A stretch of 63,657 nt of DNA, the filler included, from Octopus bimaculoides (taxonomy: Eukaryota), in NCBI RefSeq assembly GCF_001194135.2. It is 3 parts of 3 records of this genome, joined end to end, with 100 filler letters (N's around TTAATTAATTAA, not from the genome) between each part and the next. Parts side by side here need not be neighbours in the genome. Positions count along the whole stretch, not along the records: positions 1 to 23,053 come from NC_068992.1; positions 23,154 to 39,180 come from NC_069000.1; 1 more part is not named here. One strand, written 5' to 3'. The notes under the pieces are model-generated. The model was not told the DNA's origin, made no database searches, and was given only the letters and a program-made list of their open reading frames with translations. Below, one piece after another: positions 12,795 through 25,779 of the stretch. Numbering within the stretch: position 1 is the stretch's first letter; every line of letters begins with the position of its first letter. The translations under genes were made by a program, and so were the position numbers.

Positions 12795-13165
12795 GATAGC
12801 ACCAGTTTTGCTAGAAATAGGAGTCAATACGAATCAAATACCACAGTTGTCACTTTAACACACTGATGAATTCGAGGTAAGGAGCAAAAACTAAAAGCCA
12901 ACTTACATTTGCGAATAAAAATCGCAAATGAGTACTCAAATGTACTCACATCATGTCATTTCAAGCACTCTGTTAAACGCTTAGTCTTTCTCAGTGAGTA
13001 TTACCGAGGTCGAAACGTACCCACGTCACCCCGTGAGTATATACCATTTGAAATAAAGCAGAATTTATTATTTGCTCGTTACCTCGAATTCACCAGTGTG
13101 TATAAGTGACAAATGTGGTCTTTTCAATCGTTTTGACTCCTATTTCTAACAAAGATTGTGCTATC
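12795..13165. mobile_element. Non-autonomous fold-back element with ~95-bp imperfect TIRs
   Basis: 12795-12890 (gatagcac...tagaaataggagtcaa...tgaattcgaggtaa.gagcaaa) is the reverse complement of ~13067-13165. Confidence 0.75.
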
Positions 13166-13459
13166 TACTACACTGATTGTAAATTAATAATAATTTTTAT
13201 TGGACGGGAGACAGACAAGAATACGTCTTTCTCGTCCAGCTGCAATAGGAGGAAAGAAAGAAACATAAGTTAGGACCGATGATCATGTGGGAGCCACGTG
13301 AGCAAAGGAGGAAGAGTGAGGGAGAGAGAGTGACAGACAGAGAGCTGTGAAGGGGGGAGGAAAAGATTTGGAAATAGGATAAGAGAGAAAAAAGACGGGG
13401 AGAAGGGGTGGTAAAAGAATAAGAGAAAGGAAGAGAGAAAATGAACGAGTAAAAGGATA

Positions 13460-13496
<37 letters not shown>

Positions 13497-14150
13497 NNNN
13501 NNNNNNNNNNNNNNNNNNNNNNNNNNNNNNNNNNNNNNNNNNNNNNNNNNNNNNNNNNNNNNNNNNNNNNNNNNNNNNNNNNNNNNNNNNNNNNNNNNNN
13601 NNNNNNNNNNNNNNNNNNNNNNNNNNNNNNNNNNNNNNNNNNNNNNNNNNNNNNNNNNNNNNNNNNNNNNNNNNNNNNNNNNNNNNNNNNNNNNNNNNNN
13701 NNNNNNNNNNNNNNNNNNNNNNNNNNNNNNNNNNNNNNNNNNNNNNNNNNNNNNNNNNNNNNNNNNNNNNNNNNNNNNNNNNNNNNNNNNNNNNNNNNNN
13801 NNNNNNNNNNNNNNNNNNNNNNNNNNNNNNNNNNNNNNNNNNNNNNNNNNNNNNNNNNNNNNNNNNNNNNNNNNNNNNNNNNNNNNNNNNNNNNNNNNNN
13901 NNNNNNNNNNNNNNNNNNNNNNNNNNNNNNNNNNNNNNNNNNNNNNNNNNNNNNNNNNNNNNNNNNNNNNNNNNNNNNNNNNNNNNNNNNNNNNNNNNNN
14001 NNNNNNNNNNNNNNNNNNNNNNNNNNNNNNNNNNNNNNNNNNNNNNNNNNNNNNNNNNNNNNNNTATATATATATATATATATATATATACATTATATAC
14101 ATTATATATATATGTCTCATATTTACGCATACATATACATATGCACACAT

Positions 14151-14203
<53 letters not shown>

Positions 14204-15749
14204 CGTATATACATATACATATATTCCATACATAAGTACATTTGTGACTCTAGGTGTGTGTTCAGTTATTTAAGTGAGTGTGTGTATCCTCACGTTTTAA
14301 ATGTTTGTAATTATAAGTGTGTGAACATAAAAATACACGTAATCAATTCTTGCGTACCAATTCGTGTATCGAATCCTTCCACTTTCTCCAAGAATCTGGT
14401 AATTAGCAAGACATGATTCCGCTTAATAAATAAATTTTCCCATGTAACCCTACTCCACAACCAATTAATTCTTTTTAGTAGATACGGTGATTTAGTAGAA
14501 GAGAAACGGTTGGTGAACAGACCTTAACAAGATCGTCGTGGCTTGTCTTGACAAGAATTGTTAAAAGCTGAAGTCTGTGGTATTGCTTAGTAATTTAAGA
14601 AGTGCGTCGAATGAAATGACAAATTGTTTTCGGCTGGCATCGACTGTGATTTAGGTTAAAGCTAGGAGTGCACAGTAGTAGTTGGACTAGATCGATCAAC
14701 GTTAAAAGAGTAAATAAATAAATGGTTGAATAAACGAGGGGATACCTTCAAGAAAATAAGCAATAAGTGATTATTTGATTGATCTGTTAATAAGGGATGA
14801 CCTGGAACTAAACCACGACAGCGCGGATGACAGCAGAAACAAGAAAAAGAACAAGAACATCAAAAACAACCAATAAATTTACAGAGGTTTCGAATTATTT
14901 TCTTATCACACACAAATACACCGACTCTCTCTCTCTCTCACATACACATAAACGCTCTTGACAAGATGAGATCCAGTTTAGTTTTGAAGACGCCTACATC
15001 CACTCCATGCAGGTCTCTCAGGCTTTGTGAGTACATTTCAATAAGCTGATACAAAATCCGTGAGTAGAATACATTATCCGTACACCACAGTTAACGTATG
15101 TTAGCATTTGTTTTACCTCCCGACTATACGAGTCCTGGCTCAACATATTTTCAGTGGAGTCACTACAACGAGTACCAACTACGAGCAATTCAGATTTAAT
15201 GGACACTACCCTTTTCTCATGAATTTCTGGTTGCTGAGACGAAACAGAATTTTCTTTTTTGCTAACTACAACCAATAAAAATTCGAAGTTCTTGCATTTT
15301 TTCCAATTATAAATTCTTAAGCCACGCTTGAATATCTCTCATTTCATTCAGAACTATCAACGTACTAACTATTTCAGACTCTGAAAGAGGCTACCGAATA
15401 ACGTAAGGGTTTCGACCGGGCCGTATTTCTTTGCTTTCAACTATATTCAATCCCAAACAAGTTAAATGGTTTCTCCTTTATGCTGTTTTAGGAAATATGG
15501 GCTAAATGTATGCCATTATATGTTCCATGACAATAATTACCATTCTGTGAGAGCTGACATTTTGTGCTTAGTCTTGAAAAGATCACAAACACGCACAAAT
15601 ATGTATATTCATTCTTGTTGCCGCTGCTGCTCCTGTGCATTATTTTGATATTTTTGTTTTATCTTAGATGAGGTCTTATCTCGCACACCTATGATCAGCA
15701 ATGTTCCAACAGAGAACGTCTTGGCTTTTATTTATTTACAGTTTCTCTG

Positions 15750-15985
15750 CAGGCGAATCTGCTTTTTACGGATCAGAATGGTCGTCTCTTACAATGACCA
15801 ACCAGAGATTATTAGATGGCACCTACACTCGACTTCTGCGCAAGTCCTTTAACACCTCCAATGCAGACCATAAATCAAACAAGTCACTATATAGATCTTT
15901 ACCGCCCGCCAGCCAGACAAGCAGACATAGACAGCTAAAGTTTGCAGACTACTGTTTTCACCGAACAGATCAACCTGTCACTGTG
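15750..15985 (+). mobile_element. Non-LTR retrotransposon (RTE-like) C-terminal fragment
   Basis: Peptide FYGSEWSSLT..QRLLDGTYTRLLRKSFN...HKSNKSLY..LP......RHRQLKFADYC matches the post-RT region of RTE-like LINEs. Confidence 0.7.
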
Positions 15986-16820
15986 CCTTTTTTTTTCTAT
16001 AGCAACGTACTAATTTTCAAGTCAGGTAACCAGGTCTGCATGATGTGTGTCCGCGAACTTATGCGCGACTCAGAACTACCCAGAATCTCAGTGACGTCAT
16101 GCGTAATGTAATTTCGCACAACCCGGAGGGAAATCTACTTTCGAGTTAGATTCCGCATCAAAGAGCGAAGTGACGCTGATAACGAAGACGATCTCTACCT
16201 CCAGTTCATCCATAAGACAGCAAATGTATTTGGTGGAAATTGAGTGTTATTTTTAGTAGTGATGTAGGAGATTTGTGCGCGATTCAAATTGAAGGGGTTA
16301 GCGGACATGGACGGAGCCCGCTCGTCTTTATTCCACTCTATCGGAGATTTCAATCTTTTTGATGTACATCCGAAAAATGCATGAACAACTACCAAGGTTG
16401 TCTGTCTCTGTGTCTGTCTGTCTGTCTGTTATGTATACATATATAATTATCTATGTATATGCATACGTTAGTTGTAGGTGTTCATAGACTACTGCCGTTT
16501 TTCATTAATACTGTCGCCGCCGCCATATTAGCTGTGTTTTTTTTCCCGTTCCTTTCGTCTTCATTGCCATCCGGGTATTTTTAGCAGTCGTTCTTTCTCA
16601 GAATTATTTCAGAAATTCTAAATCAAATCATGAATGACATATTTATGGTTCACCACACTCTCAGCTTTCTACATTAAAATTAATGGTTCATCGCCATAAA
16701 ACTGAATTTTTGTTTATATATCAACGTGTTGGTTTCTTCTTCTTCTTCTTCTTCTTCTTCTTCTTGCAACATCATCATCATCATCATCATTGTCATCGTC
16801 GTCGTCGTCGTAGCCATCTC

Positions 16821-16878
<58 letters not shown>

Positions 16879-17128
16879 ATATATACATATACATACATGC
16901 ACAAACAGAAACACACTCACGCACNNNNNNNNNNNNNNNNNNNNNNNNNNNNNNNNNNNNNNNNNNNNNNNNNNNNNNNNNNNNNNNNNNNNNNNNNNNN
17001 NNNNNNNNNNNNNNNNNNNNNNNNNNNNNNNNNNNNNNNNNNNNNNNNNNNNNNNNNNNNNNNNNNNNNNNNNNNNNNNNNNNNNNNNNNNNNNNNNNNN
17101 NNNNNNNNNNNNNNNNNNNNNNNNNNNN

Positions 17129-17185
<57 letters not shown>

Positions 17186-17193
17186 CACATATA

Positions 17194-17227
<34 letters not shown>

Positions 17228-18220
17228 CATACAAAGTAACCTATACAAAGTAACCTACTTCGATATATTCTGTTTATCAATGAACCATTAGCAAGCAAAT
17301 CTTGAAAGTTGAAGGTCGGCATGCTTTTTAGAGGATATAAATAATCTCTTTTACTTTTATTCTGTATACATGTCTTTCGCACATATTTGGATGTCAATCG
17401 AATGCTGGAGCACCTATTTTCGAAGCTCTGCACCGAGACCTTTCTGGAAGATGTGCATCGAAAGAAGTATCTCGTCGGTAGACATTTAATTCTTATGTAT
17501 ATCTGTATGTATGTATTTATGTCTGTCTATCTATCTGCATGTATTCATGTCTGTTTGTTCCTGTCTGTTTATCTCTATCTTTCTGGTTTGTAGATGCCAG
17601 ACCGGCAAGGAGATCCCTGTTCGAAGGTTATAATGGACTCAGGTTCGTGTGTCACATAGCTAGCTAGAGGCGATGGCCACTTGGAGCTAATCAACCGCAG
17701 CATTCGTCCTATTTTCCTGAACTGCCATGCTAGCTTGGCGATAACTATTAATATATNNNNNNNNNNNNNNNNNNNNNNNNNNNNNNNNNNNNNNNNNNNN
17801 NNNNNNNNNNNNNNNNNNNNNNNNNNNNNNNNNNNNNNNNNNNNNNNNNNNNNNNNNNNNNNNNNNNNNNNNNNNNNNNNNNNNNNNNNNNNNNNNNNNN
17901 NNNNNNNNNNNNNNNNNNNNNNNNNNNNNNNNNNNNNNNNNNNNNNNNNNNNNNNNNNNNNNNNNNNNNNNNNNNNNNNNNNNNNNNNNNNNNNNNNNNN
18001 NNNNNNNNNNNNNNNNNNNNNNNNNNNNNNNNNNNNNNNNNNNNNNNNNNNNNNNNNNNNNNNNNNNNNNNNNNNNNNNNNNNNNNNNNNNNNNNNNNNN
18101 NNNNNNNNNNNNNNNNNNNNNNACACTTGGTTTAAATTTTCAACATGGTTTGGGCCATTGTGGAAAATATAAAGATATTGTTGTTGTTGTTGTTGTTGTT
18201 ATCATTATTGTTATTTCCAT

Positions 18221-18252
<32 letters not shown>

Positions 18253-18905
18253 TTGTTGTTGTTGTTGTCATTACAGCGTACTCTGGATAGTTCGTTAGTT
18301 TGTGTGAACGTTTGACAAGATCTCCTGTTAACCTGGAATTACCGATTCTAACATTCACGTTTCTCATTTGAATTGCTAATAAAATCCATGGAGAATCGAA
18401 CGATCTACCGATTATGAAGATGGCGCTACAGTCGTCGAACAATATCATTTGAAAATTTAATTAAATGCAACGAGATAATGAAGCGTCGACACTAGAATTA
18501 TTATTCTTATTATCCTTTACTGCTGGCAGAATCGTTAACACGCCGGGCGAAATACTTAGTGGTATTTCGTCTGCCGCTACGTTGTGAGTTCAAATTCCGA
18601 CGAGGTTGACTTTGCTTTTCATCCTTTCAGTGACGATAAATTAAGTACCAGTTGAAGACTGGGTTCGATGTAATCGACTGGATTCTCCCCCAAAATTGCT
18701 TCTCTAGTGACGACATTTCGGTTTGATGCGTGTTTATACTTCGCAACCGACATCGGAATACAGGGTACATGCACCCGACATGTACCTTGGACTGTGCAAT
18801 ATTTTGCTTTGTATTTTATGCTATTTATTTGTATTGAAAGAAAACTTCACGAAGTCACCTTTGCCTTTCATCCTTTGGGGATCAATCTTTTATCTTTTAC
18901 TTACA

Positions 18906-18936
<31 letters not shown>

Positions 18937-19124
18937 TCACTCCATTTCTCTCTGTCTCACTCTCTGTTTCTCTTTCACCCTCCCTCTCTTTCCCCTTTTT
19001 TCACAGATCTCCCCTCTCTTAAGCTCGGTAACTCACTGTTTCTTCCTCTATCCCTCTCTCTCGCTCTCCTCTACCTTCCATTCATCACCACCACCACTAC
19101 CACCACCACCACTGCCACTGCCAT

Positions 19125-19172
<48 letters not shown>

Positions 19173-19319
19173 CACTATCGACGACGACGACATAGGCTGC
19201 CTTTTTTAAACTCTTTTATTTCTTTTTTATGTTTTTTCATCAGCATTCTCTTTATCGTTATGTTAATCATCGTCGCCGCCGCAACCACCACCACCACCAT
19301 CAACCCTATCTGGGCCAGT

Positions 19320-19351
<32 letters not shown>

Positions 19352-19913
19352 TAACCCCACCATCATGTAGATCCCCATCACCTGCATCATCATTGCCAAC
19401 ACTGACACTACCACCACCACCACCACCACCACCACCACCNNNNNNNNNNNNNNNNNNNNNNNNNNNNNNNNNNNNNNNNNNNNNNNNNNNNNNNNNNNNN
19501 NNNNNNNNNNNNNNNNNNNNNNNNNNNNNNNNNNNNNNNNNNNNNNNNNNNNNNNNNNNNNNNNNNNNNNNNNNNNNNNNNNNNNNNNNNNNNNNNNNNN
19601 NNNNNNNNNNNNNNNNNNNNNNNNNNNNNNNNNNNNNNNNNNNNNNNNNNNNNNNNNNNNNNNNNNNNNNNNNNNNNNNNNNNNNNNNNNNNNNNNNNNN
19701 NNNNNNNNNNNNNNNNNNNNNNNNNNNNNNNNNNNNNNNNNNNNNNNNNNNNNNNNNNNNNNNNNNNNNNNNNNNNNNNNNCCCCCCGAAATCAGTAGCG
19801 ATGAGTCCTAAGATAATTGTAGAATCATCTAAATTTAGTACCGTGATTACGTATGTAGATGCTTAAGACACGTCTTAGCTAATACGTAGGTACTTAAGAC
19901 ACATGATTATACT

Positions 19914-20122
19914 CTTTTCCACTCTACGCACAAGGCTCGAAATTTTGGAGGAAGGGGGCCAGTCGATTAGATCGACCCCAGTGCGCAACTGGTACTTAAT
20001 TTATCGACCCTGAAAGAACGAAAGGCAAAGTCGACCTCGGCGGAATTTGAACTCAGAACGTAAAGACAGACGAAATACCGCTAAGCATTTCGCCCGACAC
20101 GTTTCTGCCAACTCATCGCATT
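19914..20122 (-). mobile_element. tRNA-derived SINE family B with 17-bp target-site duplication
   Basis: Flanked by agacacatg(a/g)ttatact at 19897-19913 and 20123-20139. Homologous copies: 3551-3764(+), 3979-4108(+), 9530-9737(-), 11218-11437(+), 18523-18708(+), 27426-27745(-, two copies), 62763-62974(+). Confidence 0.85.
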
Positions 20123-20308
20123 AGACACATGGTTATACTGTAGATACTTTGAGGTCTTCTAGGCTAATACGAAGATATGGGAGACTAGCTTAGTACCTGA
20201 GTTACATTGACACTTTAAACTTATCTTAACGTACTTAAAACGGGTATTAGACAATAAAGGCTCATCTTAACATATACTTAAGACCCAACTTGATACGTCG
20301 TTACTTAA

Positions 20309-20343
<35 letters not shown>

Positions 20344-20616
20344 TTCAAAACATACCAAGTTTGCATAAACGCGGCAGAGAAATTTTCTTAGGGTTGCAAA
20401 CCTAGGCCTAGGTCAGGATGTTCAAATCATTTTTATTGGCCCCACGAAATTTCAGGGGATGCACTTGTACTTGCAGTACCCCTGTTCCCGAGCCTATGCA
20501 AGACCGTTAACTTCACTTAGTATTTATTGTTTGATGTCAAAATTTTCGCCGCACCAGCTGCAACCTGGTCATTGAGAAGACTCCTCGGCATCTATACACG
20601 TATATATGTATAGACA

Positions 20617-21840
20617 CAGACATGACCGAAGTAAATAGACAACTCAGAAAACATCGTTTTATGTTTATTTTAACTTGAAAAGGTTTATAGTCTTTATTAA
20701 TTGACATTTTTATATATCAGGTTCTAAATGTGACTGTTTTATCATTCCACATACAAAAGAAGCCTTGGAAATGTCCGAATTTCAAAGAGGCTGCATTGTA
20801 AGTCAATCTGGAGGTGGAATTAGAGTAAAAATCACAGAAATTCTTGAGATCCCACCTTTTACAGTTACTAGAGTGACTGTGCAAATCACCAGAGAGGAGA
20901 AGGAGTCCACATCCCCGCGTCCAGGTCGACCAGAGCCCTCTGACAGGACCCTTCGCTTCGTTAAGGGGATAATCCTCATTGCAAGGCTTCTGACATAGCA
21001 GAACAAATTGATGTCAGTTACAGAGCAGCTGCCAGGTAGCTCCACAAATTTGGTTACTATGGCAGAACAGCAAGAAGGAAGCCACTTCTTTGACCAGCCA
21101 GTATCAAGCGGAGATTGGGCCAGTGAGATGGTTGAGAGGCCTAGCATTTTGGGACACTGTCATATTCTACAATGATTCCAGATTTGCTGTATTTTCTAAC
21201 AGTGGTCAAGTGTGGGTCTGGAGACTCTGTGATCAAGAATTTGACGTGAAAAGATTGCAGCCAGCAATGAAATACGGCAGCTATTCTGTGATGTCTGGGA
21301 AGCAATTTGGAGCAATGGTCGATCAGAGCTGGTGGAGTGTGAAGCAAACATAAACTCAAATAAATATGTGTTCATATTGCAGAGAAGACTCCTTCCAATC
21401 TTCTCCAGTGGTGAAATGATTAAAGAAGACTTTATTTTTGGAAGATGTGATTCCTTGTCACATAGCTAAAACGACCCAAGATTGGTTGGAAGAGAATGGC
21501 ATTAAAAAGCTTCCATTGCCAAGACAGTCACTAGATATGAACTCTGTTGAACACATCTGGAGCATAATGGATAGAACACTCCAGTAAAGGAAAAAGAAAG
21601 TATCCTCAAAGCCAGATCTTTTGAGATGACTCCACTCCTCAAGAAATTCCTTAAGAGAATATTGGTCATCTTATCAGTAGCATACCCATTAGGATGCTTG
21701 TATTGAAAAATGCAAAGGGCATGACTATAAAATATTAGATATTCACATTATAATAATTAATAAATAATTTGAATGTAAAATTTATGATTTAAATAAATTT
21801 TAACGATTATAAGGCTGTCTATTTACTTCTGTCATGTCTA
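20617..21840 (+). mobile_element. Full-length but inactivated Tc1-like DNA transposon
   Basis: Terminal inverted repeats agacatgac(c/a)gaagtaaatagaca at 20618-20641 and 21816-21839, with a TA-run at the right end. Transposase remnants: EMSEFQRGCIV..PRPGRP (HTH), VIFYNDSRF, IPCH.AK, SLDMNSVEHIW, with stops and frameshifts. Confidence 0.88.
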
Positions 21841-22059
21841 TATATATATATAATACAAAGAATATATATGCATGTATACACATATATGTACATACTTATA
21901 TCTACATGTGTATATAGATGCATATCAGGGTACAGGACCTTAGAACAATGAACTACAGACCATGGAACGAACACATAGGAAAACAGATAGGCACTTGGAA
22001 TTAATCCTTCGTCAGCTGCCTCTATTCTAACTAGACGTTTCGAAGTGTGTGAGTGTGTA

Positions 22060-22091
<32 letters not shown>

Positions 22092-23053
22092 TGGATTGGT
22101 GTATATATANNNNNNNNNNNNNNNNNNNNNNNNNNNNNNNNNNNNNNNNNNNNNNNNNNNNNNNNNNNNNNNNTATATATATATATATATATGATATAAT
22201 ATACTAGTTTGTCTATGTTCTTTGCTGTTAATTATTGCCGTGGTACGGTTCCAATATTTCCATTGATTCTCCCCTTTTATATTCACGAATTAACGCACTT
22301 CCTTCTCGTCCGTTATTTTACATTCACAGAACAATACTCTTCTGACCTTCATCAATATTTCGCGACGAATCTCTCCTGGCATATTTTCTTGCCATTGAAA
22401 TATATTTGTGATACTTTTTGTTATAACCAATTTTTATTGCAAATCTCGACGAAGGGATGTCACGTGGCATATGCATCTTTTTCTCATTGGTTGTTATTGA
22501 AATTTTTATTTCTTGACCATTGATTTTAAAGGAAGTATTTCTTGAAAAACCAGGAAACAGTTTAATCCTAGCCGTTGGTATGTAAACTGTGACAATGTAT
22601 ATTTTTGCATATCATTTATGTATAGAGTTTAAGCAGGAATGGCAAATTTTGAAACTCTGGTAAAGTTTTAGACAAGGGAAGATCAATTGTTCCCCAAAAT
22701 GATCTTTCATTGGAAAAAAGGAAAATGTGAATAAATTTTCCATAAATATAGAAGTTAAGAACTGGATCTTGTTTGTGTATTTTCATGTGCATGTTCTGCA
22801 TTGCGTGTGCGGGTGTAAATATATACCTGTACATGCATACGCAAGTACACATGTGTGAGTGTGTGTGTGCGTATGTACGTGTGTGTGTGTGTGTGTGTGT
22901 GTGTGGTGTGTACATTTACGTTTGTGTACGTATGTGCTAAGACAAAATGAACGTGTGTATATATATGTCTGAATATATATATATACATATATATATACGT
23001 ATATATATGTATATATATGTATATATACATGTATATGTATATATGTATGTATA

Positions 23054-23153
23054 NNNNNNNNNNNNNNNNNNNNNNNNNNNNNNNNNNNNNNNNNNNNTTA
23101 ATTAATTAANNNNNNNNNNNNNNNNNNNNNNNNNNNNNNNNNNNNNNNNNNNN
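23054..23153. other. Artificial 100-bp scaffold spacer (44 N + TTAATTAATTAA + 44 N)
   Basis: Exactly symmetric, has stops in all six frames, and recurs identically at 39181-39280. Confidence 0.9.
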
Positions 23154-23767
23154 TGTGTGTGTGTGTGTGTGTGTACAAGCATGCGTATGCAGCAATACTA
23201 AGCAGCAGGAGCAGGCTGACAGGCAAACAGCAGGGCAGGAGGAAGTTGTAAAAGTGAAGGCAGCAGAGGAGAAGTAGGAGGTGGAACAGGAGGTGGAGGA
23301 GGAGGTAGCAGCCAAGTAAGACGTTCTTGTCATGTAAAAGCGAACCACTTAAACGATGCCATAATAATATGATGATGATGATGATGATGATAATACTCGT
23401 AATTCAAACAAACAAATAGGAGAAGAAAACAATCGATGAATAAAATTAAAAACAAAATAGAAATCATTAAATTAATAAATATAAGAACTGAAGAAAGAAT
23501 CAGGAAGAAAACCGGACTATTTGACGGACGTAAAACAAGTAAAACAAGACTGAGTGACATCAACGAATACTTATAAGAACTCAAAACAAATCTTCGGCAG
23601 ACACTGGAGTGAAGGTCGCTTTAACTGCGTGTCGTCACTGTCTTGTTTTTTTGCTTTTATTTTTTATTTCTGCTTTTTTTAAAAATTTGGCTTCGGTCCC
23701 CATTCGAAACACACACACACATTTACACACTCGTAGACACGCGTATACATATGAGTGCATGACGAGA

Positions 23768-23836
23768 ATGGGGGCTAGTTCCTCAATGGACACTTCACGT
23801 GTCATACACCTGGAGTTGGATGGCCGAAAGGAGAAG
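23768..23836 (+). CDS. PDE9A: Probable first coding exon of a PDE9-like cGMP phosphodiesterase (MGASSSMDTSRVIHLELDGRKEK)
   Basis: Good Kozak context (agaATGG) and a strong phase-0 donor AAG|GTAAGG. The 23-codon peptide aligns without gaps to the vertebrate PDE9A N-terminus [23 protein letters not shown], recalled from memory. It has an MGxxxS myristoylation motif. No later exons are visible. Confidence 0.62.
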
Positions 23837-24516
23837 GTAAGGGGCAGCTTTTATACATTTGATTTGTTGCTGCTGCTGTTTGATATTTTGTTGTTATTGT
23901 TGTTGTTGATCTTCTTCTTGAATAAAGGAAATAACTTGTTGTCCTTGAAAAAAAAAAGTAATAATAACGATCTCATACACAACAACTTGCCGGAAAAAAA
24001 AATAATGCAAATACAAGAGAAAGTGATTTAGCTGCGACCCCAGATGAGCACTTAAGGAGCAATCTTCGGCTCCAAAAGTCGAGGCCTTATCCAGTGTCAC
24101 AGATTCTTTTTCATATTGTTGATGATAATAATGATTGCGGTGACGTTTTTTGTTGCTATTTAACACCAGGCGTCGTAGGTAGCTGATTACTCTTCATTTC
24201 AGTACCATAATGCACACCCACATGGCTCACTTGCTACTTTAAATCTTTAGTTTTTAATGGCAAATTAACTTCATATCATATTAAATCAACAACCAAGTAG
24301 ATTAGAAATAACCTAGCGGACAATTTTGCTCATACATACGTACACGCACGCACACATATATACACAAATATTCGTGTGTGTATATGTCTTGCTATCTCAC
24401 TCTGTCTGTCTATCTATCTCTGTGTCTTTCTCCCCCTCTCTCTCTCTACACACACACGCACACACACACACATATATATATAAATATAAGCATACACATA
24501 CATATACAAGCATATA

Positions 24517-25219
24517 CATGGTACATTCCAGAGGCTTTTAGATTTTTTCAAAAGAAACGTGGCATTAGGGAAGATGAAGGCAGTTTTGATATTCATATCA
24601 AACCATATCAAACCATATCAAACCATATCAAACCATATTTTAGACTGGTGCTTTGTCCTGGTGCAAGTGCTATCCACCCAAGTGGAAGAGCTCTATTTGC
24701 GCTGATATTGTCTCTTGAACTCCCTCAAAAACTCCACGAACTATTCTTTGTTGACCAACAGGCAAGAGGAAAGCCAGTGGATGTACATGATGCCCTTGCT
24801 GTCAAAAAAAAAAAAAAAAAGGGATCATCACGTCCCCTTCCAGTGGGCTTGCTTTACCTGGCCTTTTATGCCAGCTAAAAACAGTTGATTGGTTCATACA
24901 AGTTAATCCATTACCACAGTCTGGAATATTTCATAAATTTCTGTAGCGATTTTGCCCAGTTTAACGCAAAACTTTATTGCATAACTAATTTCCCAATCGT
25001 TTTCACGTCCTGATTGCATTCTGCAAACTTGTCAGCTGTGACAATTGTGGCTAAGTAGAGTCCAAAGTGCTGTTACAGCCGTCTCCTTTAATCTAAAACA
25101 AAACTTGGCAGGTCAACTTTCTAGATGTATAGTTATAATACACTAAAATTGCAATAATCTAGGACTGTTACAACTGCCTCATATAAAAAAAAGTTTCAAA
25201 ACTTCTGGAATGCATCCCG
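24517..25219 (-). mobile_element. Internally deleted mariner element with both TIRs
   Basis: Both ends are TA-flanked (cat/ggtacattccagag and rc cgggatgcattccagaag). Remnants: YAIKFCVKLGKIATE (N-terminus) and MIPFFDSKGIMYIHW...VNKE..EFLREF...HQDKAP (catalytic region). A 10-bp tandem repeat atatcaaacc lies at 24595-24638. Confidence 0.75.
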
Positions 25220-25491
25220 TATACATATATACATACTTGTATATATGTGGGTGCATGCAGGTATTACGCGTGTGTGTGTGTGTGTGTGAGTGAGTAAGTG
25301 AGTGAGCGCGCGCGTGTGTAGAAACTTTAAATTTTTATTTTCTAGCGAAAATTCCATTCTCCCATGCAATCTTTCTGGAAATTCACAACCGTGAAATTAG
25401 TAACCGTATGATCAAAGGCAATGGCCATTCCATCTTTTTAATCTTAGTGAATCTTAACTGACTGTACACTCTCTAACGAACTAATGTGTTA

Positions 25492-25546
<55 letters not shown>

Positions 25547-25779
25547 ACATACATACATACATACATACATACATACATACATACATACATACATACACAT
25601 AGATGCTAGAAGCCCTTCAACTTGCTAAAGTTCCGGTGAGAATAGTCAAAGCCATAGCTAACCTGACTTCGTCGTGGGCCACCATCTTGAAATTAAACAC
25701 AAGGAGTGACTGTATTATCACCAATAGAATACAGTATCGCAAAGGCATATTTCTAGGAGACAGATAGTAATGATAACGA

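Noticed and set aside
12821-13032. Two phase-compatible micro-exons (ESIRIKYHSCHFNTLMNS / SEYYRGRNVPTSP)
   Set aside because: They lie inside the 12795-13165 inverted-repeat element, and the same donor motif appears on the opposite arm.
14966-15694. Chain of candidate small exons (14966-15026, 15378-15402 with a TACTAAC branch point, 15492-15546, 15668-) and a serpin-like FNGHYPFL..IFF peptide
   Set aside because: No recognisable protein family results, and equally good exon candidates exist on the minus strand (15117-15233), so chance cannot be excluded. RNA-seq would be needed.
22209-22523. 104-aa ORF MSMFFAVNYCRG...
   Set aside because: No recognisable motif or splice support, and the composition is typical of AT-rich non-coding DNA.
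23098-23109. TTAATTAATTAA as a biological motif (homeodomain or PacI-like site)
   Set aside because: It is embedded symmetrically in N runs and repeated identically, so it is an assembly spacer.
24203-24250. YHNAHPHG after an acceptor-like site, resembling the PDE catalytic YHN motif
   Set aside because: It lacks the YHNxxHAxDV spacing, stops after 15 codons, and is in the wrong position relative to exon 1.
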